DNA from: Ascidiella aspersa | Taxonomy: Eukaryota | Direction: 5' to 3' | Length of the DNA: 64,000 nucleotides | Assembly (NCBI GenBank): GCA_963924565.1 | Contig: OZ004610.1 | Location: forward strand, 33,418,001 to 33,482,000 | Shown: positions 32,881 through 42,919 of the stretch, piece by piece | Position numbering within the stretch: position 1 is the first letter of the stretch | How the letters are laid out: each line of letters opens with the position of its first letter | The notes under the pieces: model-generated | Told to the model about the DNA's origin: nothing | The model's input: only the letters and a program-made list of their open reading frames with translations | Databases searched by the model: none | Program-made: the position numbers and the translations under genes

Positions 32881-33572
32881 GTGTGTGTGTGNNNNNNNNN
32901 NNNNNNNNNNNNNNNNNNNNNNNNNNNNNNNNNNNNNNNNNNNNNNNNNNNNNNNNNNNNNNNNNNNNNNNNNNNNNNNNNNNNNNNNNNNNNNNNNNNN
33001 NNNNNNNNNNNNNNNNNNNNNNNNNNNNNNNNNNNNNNNNNNNNNNNNNNNNNNNNNNNNNNNNNNNNNNNNNNNNNNNNNNNNNNNNNNNNNNNNNNNN
33101 NNNNNNNNNNNNNNNNNNNNNNNNNNNNNNNNNNNNNNNNNNNNNNNNNNNNNNNNNNNNNNNNNNNNNNNNNNNNNNNNNNNNNNNNNNNNNNNNNNNN
33201 NNNNNNNNNNNNNNNNNNNNNNNNNNNNNNNNNNNNNNNNNNNNNNNNNNNNNNNNNNNGTTTATATATGTGTGTGCATGTGTACGTGTGTGTGCGTGTG
33301 TGTGCGTGTGTTTGTGTGCGTCTGCAGTGTGTCTTTGCGTTTATATATGTGTGTATTTGTGTGTGTGCGTGTTCGTGTGCGTGTGTAGTGTGNNNNNNNN
33401 NNNNNNNNNNNNNNNNNNNNNNNNNNNNNNNNNNNNNNNNNNNNNNNNNNNNNNNNNNNNNNNNNNNNNNNNNNNNNNNNNNNNNNNNNNNNNNNNNNNN
33501 NNNNNNNNNNNNNNNNNNNNNNNNNNNNNNNNNNNNNNNNNNNNNNNNNNNNNNNNNNNNNNNNNNNNNNNN
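32881..33572. repeat. Degenerate (GT)n microsatellite with N runs at 32892-33259 and 33393-33572
   Basis: Direct inspection. Confidence 0.95.
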
Positions 33573-34073
33573 GCGGGACAATTTCTTTTCCTTTGATAAT
33601 TAAAGAACCTTGTCCCAATTTTGGCAACAACTCTATATTTTCTCCAGCCAAGGTGCTTATTACAGCAAGTCCACATTTAAGTCGCTTCTTGGAAGCTTGA
33701 TACCCATGACTTCTCCTAAAGCATTCCAAACAATTCCACCGACCTCCAATCCACTGACGTTGACCTTTGAGCGTTCCGCATCGCTGGTTTTAACTCTTTG
33801 TCAAACAGGTTGAAATCCCCCAGACAGACCCGTTTTGTAAATACACCGCTTTTGTGAGTTTCGGAATGCTTAGAGCTGGATTTGCGGAAAAAGTGTTGAG
33901 AATATATCGCACCCGTGTGTTGTCTGTTGGCTTATAGTCTTTATACACCGCCGGGTTATGTTTGACTAGTATTACTACAACGCCAGTCGTATCCCTAACA
34001 GACACATTAATTTACGGGGACCGTGTTGAGCCTAAGCTATGGCTTTCAAGCCAAGGCCTATAGTGGTTACGAA

Positions 34074-34391
34074 CAGGCCTCCTGGATTTGGGGGGGGCAT
34101 AATTTTTCAAATATGACGTCACAAGTTACGTCATTAATTGATCTTTAGAAGCTTGCTATTCTCGAGCTGGTGTGCACACATGTTAGGCTGTTGACACATA
34201 AAAAGTGAAAAAGATTTCAGGCTGAAAAAGCTGAAAAAGGTGAAAACTTCAGGCTGAAAAGATTCACTTGAGATGGGAAAAAATAAAAAATTTGCGCAAA
34301 CCGAAAAAAACGTTCGCAATTAGGTTTTAAAGTTAGCAAAAAATATAGTTGGTGGGGCCATGGCCTCTTGTCTAGCCTGGATCCGTCCCTA
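34074..34391. mobile_element. hAT-like MITE
   Basis: cagg..ggatttggggggggc ... ggggccatggcc..cctggatccgtcccta; flanks gttacgaa / gtgacgag; internal ggctgaaaa repeats. Confidence 0.55.
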
Positions 34392-35085
34392 GTGACGAGA
34401 AAAAAATGTCGCTTTAGTTAAAATGTTCGACTTGAATGTCGAAAAAACTTTCATCTCAAATTTACATTCTCTGGTAGCATTGTGTATCCCTACTATATAG
34501 CTGTACAATCTTTAGACGAACCCAGTAGTTATACTAAGACCGTAACTTCAGCACATAAAGCCGTCTCTACGCACTGCTGGCCCTGGATTGAGCTTGCTTT
34601 TGTGCTGTGCGTATCACCCAGATTATAATTACCCTGGAATTTTTCCCATGTTCATATCCCCGTTGTAGCAGGCCAAACTATGTAAACCTTTCAACGTTGG
34701 TGTTCTAAACTTCAAAGCTACAGCTAACACCATAATAGCAACTGGAAAAACAAGCCGAGTCGGTAATTTAATTTGTCCCTTTATTGAAATTAATTGTCGC
34801 TGGTTGCCAGGGGTTTGACCTTTGACCTTGGTCGAATTTCGTAAGCTTTGTTGCCGATTTTTTTCTTACGATTGGGGTGTTTTAAACTTTAAATTGTCAG
34901 TGGACTTGGCAGCTGTGACTATAGTTTTAAATGATAGGATATGTTTGAGTTCGATGACAACATTGATAACAACAAACACTTGTTTATATTAATTTATGTG
35001 TATGTGAAATCTAAAACTCCAACAGAAATAAATAGTATCAACTAGCGATAAACAGCGTATAAACTAAATTGAAAACGATGTTTGT

Positions 35086-35192
35086 AACTACCCAACCTTC
35101 AGCCATTATTATTTTAAGATTTATTTGAAACGTTCTCAAAATGATACTTACTTCTGTATGGGCTTTGATATTCATTATACATGTAACTACCA
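35086..35192 (+). mobile_element. Family A tandem-arm fragment
   Basis: gaaacgttc..tacttctgtatgggctttgatattc. Confidence 0.7.
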
Positions 35193-35957
35193 TTTTCTTA
35201 CAGTTATTTTATCTTTAAAAACAGTACAAAGTTTGCCTTGGCATTCAGGTCTAAACTTTTTCACCCAGTGACCTCTTGTCAAATTGAATTTGAAGCAATT
35301 TGAAGTACAGACTCAAAATATATATTTTCCTTTCCTTGTCAACTAAGCGTTAAACATCCGAGGTAACTTGACACTTTCGCGTCCAGGTGCCTAAAATTAA
35401 TTAAAACTTTGCCCGAAATTTCACGGTGTGAATTTGTCAACAATTTTCGAGCTCGTCTGTTCTTTTTCTTGACCAGAAAATAACAACAACTAAAAATCGC
35501 GGAAAAGTCTCATTAAATTCAAATAAATTAAGTTTTTGTTACAGCGGTTGAATTAGCTCCAGGTTCTGCTACTTTGAATGGAATTCCACTTGAGTTGATT
35601 TGAAACAAATTTTCCATCCTGACACAAATATGAGGTTTCTTTTTGAAAATCGTTTGCAACCATTCAAAAGTGTTAGCTCGAAAAACCTTCATTCCTATCT
35701 AAAATACTCGATATAAAAGGTTGTGTCACTATAATAACTCTAATTATGTGTATCTCGAGTTGTTATGATTATGGTACGACATTATTTGGTGAAAAAAAAA
35801 ATGTATTGCTGAGGTTAGCGCAAGTCCATCGTATAAACCACATGCGATATTAAAAAAATAATATAAAACATAAAAATGTTTATTGGGAAACGAAAAGAAA
35901 ATGAATAAAAGGCAATAAATACACTAAAAACAGTGGTTTTAAACTTTATATGATTGG

Positions 35958-36091
35958 TACACCGAAAGCCATTGCAGACTCACCGAATCTGTCGATCAAT
36001 TCGGTGTAATCGTTGGTCAAAAAGCAGCTTCAGAAGGGCTAGATCTTAGTGGTCAACATGCACATATATATGTGTGTGTACATTTCATTGA
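35958..36091. mobile_element. tRNA-cassette element family, copy 3 (centre deleted)
   Basis: Minus body tacaccgaaagccattgcagactcaccgaatctgtcgatcaat joined to the plus tail; flanks ttatatgattgg (35946-35957) / ttaaatgattgg (36092-36103). Confidence 0.8.
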
Positions 36092-38887
36092 TTAAATGAT
36101 TGGCTGATCCTTCCATAGGCTCTCAACGATTTGTTTCCCTTCAACGTAACTAGGGAGGTCCATAAAGTTCTAATAAGGGCCACAGATTTCAGTTGGATAA
36201 AAATACTATAGGCATACGCGCCCAGTTTAAAAAAACAAAACCACTGCTTCAATCCATACATTTGAGTTTAACTGACGAATGGATAAAATACCATTGAGGT
36301 AAGGGTTGGGGATAAAGCTAGTTACATAAAGCTAGTAAACGCTGACGATAGTAGCCTAATTATTACGTCTGTTGCTGAAAATAAGGCATTCATGGCGGCC
36401 AATATTTATTCCAGACAACTGCCATTTAACCGAGTTCAGAAAGACTGCCGCAAAATTAATAGCCAATCTGCAGCAATAATAATTCGTGATTTTTGCCTTC
36501 AAGCGTCACCATTTTAACTACACAGGCCGCCAGTCACAAATTTCAGATTATGGCTTGTTCGATTTATTGCGTTTTACGGCTTTCTAAGCAAACAACTCTC
36601 GACATTATGCAGTTAAAATGTAAATACTTTATTACCTGAACCTGAATTCAACTTAACTAAAACAAATAGGTTACATGTTTAACTGTTTGTTGTAGGCTTA
36701 AGTACTTAACCCCTTAAAATGTCTTGTTGAATAAAATCAACAGTCAAATTTGTTGGAAACTTTAAGCAACCTTATCCTCCACAAAACAAATTACATGCTT
36801 AGGTTAATCCCCTGCAAATAAAAGAGCTCAGGAGGTTACAGTGTGGGAATTAATACATAGATCTGCGCCAGATAACGGGCAAGAATCAAGTTGTGGCAAA
36901 CAGTTTTTAAAGCCGGAAATAGAAACGACGCCAACCTTGCAGAATCGCGTGTTTGGAAAAATACTTTGCATTTGGCCGTAACCGGCCCCGGGCGTTTAAA
37001 CGGTCAGATAAAGCACATTTGACCTCTTTACCTTGCGTCCACTTTGACCTTTATAGCCCCAAGGTCAAAAAGCAGGGGCCTGTCTTTATCGGGTTGCATG
37101 GGCCGCATCTTGGGTAGCTGTTTAGGAAATTACAGTTGCTAGCACACGGGACAGGCGATGTGTGGGCCCAATGTGACCTTGAATGTCGCCTGATTAGACA
37201 ACTAAAGTCTGGGTCATTGTTTGGTAATAAAGTGACAAAGTGGGTCGCGCGCGCTTCACAAAAGAGGCTTAATTTACGAGGCTTTGTCCACTGGCGTCAG
37301 GAGTCTAGGTAACCGAAGATCCCAAGGTGTTATATCCGTTTGCAATTTAGGCGCCTTCGCAGCCTATGCTGGATATGGGACGAGTGCTTAATTAATCCAT
37401 TAACACTGTCACCTTTTGTGGCGACTTTTTTGCTTGCTTTAGCAGGACATCCAATGCTTTTTCTCACCTGGTGAAACTGGTAGAAACTGTATCAATTAAG
37501 TCCGCCACTTCCGACAAGTAATTGAGGTCATTCTTAACTTGCAAAATTACCTTTTCGCCCAAAAGTTACAAACTGCAGCAAATGCAGTTTTAATTAGAGT
37601 TAAATACCAAAAACTAAGTAATAAGACACAATTTAGACTAAATTTGACCACGGTATAACGTGCAATTTAATATCCTATTTCCTGTAGGCCTACAAATAAC
37701 TGAAATATAAGGCTATAAAATGTAAATTATTAAATGCTTTGCTTCATTAAAAAAACAGGTAGTAGAGCCTATTACATCCATATCACATCGATTTTTGTAA
37801 CATTTTAAATTAAATGAGATTTGTCACACAAAAACAGATTTTAAGCCATATGGACCACCTTGTACCAAACTTGACCTTCAGCCCCAAAGTCAAACCCGGC
37901 TGTCAATTTTGGTTTCCCATGCGCATTTTCACACCGACTCGGCAGCAGGTGTACATTTTGACGTCATTGTCATGCATGAAAAATAACCTGCGGGTTCTTG
38001 CAAGGCTACACTTTTGCCAGTGCGTGTCATGTTGCACTCGTGATGGTCCTGGGTGATATTAGCAAGCATAACAACTCATAAAACCTTAAACAAGATCACA
38101 AGAGGACAGTTAGTCACTTAAAGCCACTCCAAAACCTGTTGAAAGGTCAAGTTTCAATCCAAGTGACAATATTTCTTTACAATTTTGTTTTTTGATTTGT
38201 ACAAATGGAAAACAATCAACTTAAACGCTGTCTCGGTCGTAGTTCATGATTTATTAAATCTATAAATTTGTTTAACCCTTAATCACCAATATAATGCGGA
38301 TACTTTTAATTTCTATGTTTTCAGATGCGCAAGATTTAGTTTAAAAGGCATTGTTTAAAAATTGTGACGCAATAATATTTCACAATAGCGGAAGAATACG
38401 AACAATTGCGCCAAACTAGATTTCAGTGCGAGAAAGTTTGCAGAAGACATTTTAATAAGTTGTTTATTACTTTAAAATAAGTGTTACTCAACCAAAAGCT
38501 AGAGAAATTAGTTCATGTTGTTTTGTTGAACTGAAAGCGTTACAACAATTGTTTTTTCTGTCTAGAAAAGGGAAAACTTGTGTTGTCAGATAAAGTTGGG
38601 GTTATGCTTCGAAGAATTTATCAGTCAAATTTTGTTTAGCCTATAGCTGTAGTTTGTTAGGGAACATTGTTTTAAACCAGTAGATGTCAAATTGTGTACC
38701 TTAATTGATTCTTAAGGGTTTGCTAACTTTTGTAGTTTTAGAATATAACCTTTTAGGGCGCTAATCTCGAATGCTAGTACTTTTTTTTTACAGTAACGAA
38801 ACGAGTTCTTAAAATTTAAGTTGCAAAAAGATATAAATACGGAAGAATAAATAAAATATTCGAAAATATTTTGTGTTAGTGTGCAAT

Positions 38888-39135
38888 CATACTTGACCCA
38901 CCCAAACCCAACTTGCACCCTATAATAATGTTAGCAATATAAACCTTTGCACGAAGATGTGGTAGGATTCTAGAGCAGCGCCCATAAATCTTAGTTAGTT
39001 TCAAGCCTTAAAAATTTTGCGTAGTATTATTATATTCAATATTTAATAAAAATACTTGACCCACCCTAACCCAAACGCTAACCCGCACCTTAACCCAAAT
39101 AATGTGCGCCGGGTAGGATTCTACAGCAGCGCCAA
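38888..39135. repeat. Direct repeat pair with cctaac-like tract (possible Helentron-type non-autonomous element ends)
   Basis: atacttgacccacc...ggtaggattcta(g/c)agcagcgcc occurs twice, about 160 bp apart. Confidence 0.55.
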
Positions 39136-40040
39136 ATTTTGCGATATAAACCCCATAAATGCTATTTTTCATTGCAACTCAGCGATACTTCACGCCCTAA
39201 TGACGTCACTGGCGTGATTTGGGCAACATTGCACCACATAGATCTTTTTCAGTCGGTTAGGAAACAACTGAAGAATTATGAGTTTATCCGAAAACACTTA
39301 GTCACCATGCGCAGCAGTTTACGCTCAAATATGCCGAGTCACGGTTACTGCCAGCCTATTAGTTCTCAGCCCGTTGTGAATGGGAAAGACTAAAACATCC
39401 CTCTTTTTGGAAAACCGTGATGTTCAACTGTTTAATGGTGCCTTTCTGAATAAGAACCATTATAATGTTATGGGACTGGTTTGATTGACGTTCTTGTTTT
39501 TTTATTACCATGAAAATCAACCGCGGAATGATTTTATTTTCTTGTATGCAAATATAAATACGACTGATTGAATGATTGCTTAGTGTAAAGATTTTACGCT
39601 AAGATCTGCAAACATTTTCACATAGGCGTTTTATAGGTAGGTGATGTAGTTACCTTGTTGTTAGTGAATGTAATCGTTACAAGCCTACCTCATTTTAAAT
39701 TTTTGTGTTTCGATATGTTCAAATATAGCTGTTTAGTATGTTTTTCTTTGTATAGGGGAGTGCGAAAGTAGTTGAGATTTACAAAACATCATTGCCTATA
39801 AACTTTCGTTTGAAAACACCTGTTAAAAGCCAATATATAAAAAGGTTGTATGTTCTTTGTTACTGATCAATTTGATCACATGACAACAAATTGTAGCTGG
39901 CTTGAAACGTTTACTATCCTTAGTATCCTAGGATAGTTGGCAAGTTATATCGCTACTGCCTTATCGTGTAAATATAAATGATATGGTGATGTAATCTTGG
40001 GCTGCAAATTTGTTTTTATTTGCTTAGTGTGCCGCAGACT

Positions 40041-40398
40041 ACAAAAGTTTTAGAACCACTGCTAGAACGACAAAAAAATGTATAAATCGTCCCGCGAATT
40101 TGCTTTTGATTAGTCTGTACAACAAAAATTTGAAAACCCTGCTAGAACGACGAAAAAATGTATAAATTGTCCCGCGAATTTGCTTTTGATTAGTCTGTAC
40201 AACAAAAATTTGAAAACCCTGCTAGAACGACGAAAAAATGTATAAATCGTCCCGCGAATTTGCTTTTGATTAGTCTGTACAACAAAAATTTGAAAACCCT
40301 GCTAGAACGACGAAAAAATGTATAAATTGTCCCGCGAATTTGCTTTTGATTAGTCTGTACAACAAAAATTTGAAAACCCTGCTAGAACGACAAAAAAT
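40041..40398. repeat. 80-bp tandem repeat, 4 near-identical units plus partials
   Basis: gctagaacga at 40061, 40141, 40221, 40301 and 40381. Confidence 0.95.
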
Positions 40399-40699
40399 CC
40401 ACTCGATGTCACTACAGAGCGGCACATCGCGACCTCCCATTCAAGCAGCTCACACGGGATTTCCCTATTTTTCTCGCGTGTTTTCAGTCTCGCTGACGTT
40501 TTAGGCTACGCCTTAAAAATTGCGTAATCCATCTCGGCGGTTGCGAAACTGCGAACGGTGCTGCTACAGTGCAAAGCGTAACGGCTGGTGCCTCTCAAAC
40601 AAGCGCTTTGCAAGCTGTGGGTTACAAGCCGCTGTAGTGGATATTGTTAATGCATTTCAGGCTGTTTAGTTAAATCGGAAGCTTTGGCGTTACGTTATT

Positions 40700-40860
40700 C
40701 ATCGCGACTGGCTCCGGTGGAGTTTTGGCGGGAAAGTGCGTGATTACTCGTAGGGGAATGTGCGGGAGGGCTCGCTCGTCGCGCCAGCCAATTACAAAGA
40801 GAAAAAGAGAGGCGAGGAGTGGAGACTTGACCGTTGACTGAACATCTCGCGCCAAAGCCT
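40700..40860. promoter_or_regulatory. E2F/CCAAT cluster upstream of Myc
   Basis: TTTTGGCGGGAAA 40723-40735, CCAAT 40788, GCGCCAAA 40849-40856; CpG-rich. Confidence 0.5.
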
Positions 40861-41586
40861 CACAGCTGATTTTGTGTAGAACGTCGAACAGTCGTTTGAT
40901 GCGAACCGCTTGGCAGAAATTGTGGTGTTTTTGTAGCCAAATGCCTGTGTTAAAGCACGGAAAAGGCAGTTTTAGAGAAAAATGTTACGATGGTGCTATG
41001 TTTGAAGTGTTATTTGCGTTGTTGAATGTTGGCTTGTGACAGTACATTAGTGTAGCATTTATTTTGAGACAAAGTACGATCTAAATGTTATATTCTCTCA
41101 TATAAATGTGCGTAATATCAAATTAGAGCATGCGAAGCAAATTTAAAGACGACATTTTAATTTCTTGCGTAATATTTGTTTAAGACTCGTTAATTTAAGA
41201 GTAGTCCAAACAACGTAACATGTTAGCTTGCACAGTGTTTAATACCAATTGTACAACGATGTTTAATTGAGGTATTAAGTTGCAGCAAGTCGTTAGTCTG
41301 CAAAGTGACTTAAAAGCCCTGCGAATAATAAGTGGGCCAACCGAGCACCGTCGTTTCGCCTTCTTTCCCTTTTCAAGTCTCGCTTAAGCTTCCGCGGCAC
41401 CTTTTCCCTTCTATCGCGGCACACCACAGGAAAAAGGCGTTTTGATTGCGACAAGTGTATTAAGTTTCGCGAAAAAAACAAGTAAAAAACGCTGCTTGGT
41501 TAGTGGCGCTAGCTGTGCTTAACTTGCCGCTGCTCCACTGGCTTCTGTGGGGTGCTCGTACCTTTTTCGCCAGTTCCTGTTCGGCT

Positions 41587-41620
41587 TATATAGCGCCAGT
41601 CGCAGCCAACGCGTCACTTT
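41587..41620 (+). promoter_or_regulatory. myc: TATA box plus Inr core promoter of Myc
   Basis: TATATAG at 41587 and TCACTTT Inr (A at 41616) at canonical -29 spacing. Confidence 0.55.
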
Positions 41621-41902
41621 TAATGGAAGTGGTTGGCCTTTGGCTTGCTTCTTACAACACTCTGTAAAGTTGCTTCGGCCAAATGTACCACCTTAAAGCA
41701 GGGAGTAGTTTTTAAAGGCTTCTGTCTGGCCGATTTACGCAAGCTTTTCTCGCGGTGCAAGAGTCATTGCAGGCCCGTGCCAAGCAGCTATTTCCAGCGG
41801 TGCGCCAGGCATTCGCGTTTTAGCAGAGTTGCAATTTAAGCCTTGCTGTTTTCTCATTCTTAGTTGATCAGAACGCGGACATAGTTCCAAGCTGCAATTC
41901 AG
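41616..41902 (+). other. myc: Probable non-coding leader exon of Myc (or outron if SL trans-spliced)
   Basis: Donor cag|gtttag at 41902/41903; acceptor ttctttgtacag at 42262; matches the non-coding exon 1 organisation of Myc genes. Confidence 0.45.
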
Positions 41903-42303
41903 GTTTAGTTTTTCAGTTGCTTGTTGGAGTTGTATTGAGAAGATTGTAAAGATGCTGTTTGAGTTTAGTTTAGCAAAATAACTTTTTAAGTCAGCATAGT
42001 ATTTTCACAGTTTTAATTTACTGCTTTAAGCTAGAATGCGTTCAACAAACATTTTCGGTAACATGTATAAACGATTTTCAGCAATTTGTTAAAAAAATCA
42101 ATAAAAATTTTAGCAAAGCAACAAAATACTGCTACTTGATATTAACTTAAAGTTGAAAACTGAAACATACATACACAATTTGTGTTCTGTGATTTTAAAA
42201 AAAGTTTGCAATTTTATCCTCAAAATGTGCTTGATTTTAACCTTAAAGATTTCTTTGTACAGGTTAATTCGGCATTAGTTGCTGGTGCATAACAGTGAGC
42301 ATA

Positions 42304-42919
42304 ATGAAGCCCACTACTCCAGGCGACCACCACCAAATGATGCCGTCCACCAATCATTGCGACGACGGCCTTGGCCCATTCTTCTACACAGAGATGGACG
42401 ACCAGCAGCCCTGCATATCCAACCTTGGCTCGTACCCAAACGACGAAATCTGGAAGAAATTTGAACTTATAACCCCCCCGCTGTCCCCACAACACTCAAC
42501 CTCGTCAGAATCGGACAGTGACAGCGAAGTTGATCACATATTCAGCCGCCCGCCTGCCGACGACACCCTAAACCAAGTCAGCGACTTTTTGGACGAATAT
42601 CTGCATTCGCACGAAGATAGCGACTACATCGACAGCAACGAAGACTCCGCAAATAGCTTTGAAGACGCCATCTCCGGCAAAAAACTGATTAAAGATTGCA
42701 TGTGGAACGGCTACGGACATAAACCGCACTCCGAGGTGCCCAGGCGCTGTAGGAACGATTCGCCGGCTTCCAGCTGCCTAATTCCCGCCAACGGTTTCGT
42801 TGACCCGAAGGCTGTCTTTCCCGACCAGAAAAGCGACAATGAGAGGAAGACTGAATGCGCTAAGCCGATCGCCCTTAAACGACAACGTAGCGACGGTGGA
42901 GACAGCCATAGCGATTCAG
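42304..42919 (+). CDS. myc: Myc family transcription factor, N-terminal (transactivation) coding exon; 3'-partial
   Basis: MB0-like DDGLGPFFY, MBI PNDEIWKKFELITPPLSP, MBII LIKDCMWNG, MBIIIa-like FVDPKAVFP. Ends ...SDS-G|gttggt, a phase-1 intron at the conserved Myc position. The ORF-track extension past 42919 is intron read-through. Confidence 0.93.

Noticed and set aside
32815-33729. Long ORFs rich in V/C or H/T and X
   Set aside because: Artefacts of (GT)n sequence and N runs.
40061-40398. CRISPR-like regular repeat
   Set aside because: Whole 80-bp units are identical, with no unique spacers.
41268-41322. let-7/miR-98-like sequence tgaggtattaagttgcag
   Set aside because: Seed position 8 differs from let-7 and the hairpin is weak with a large bulge; likely chance.
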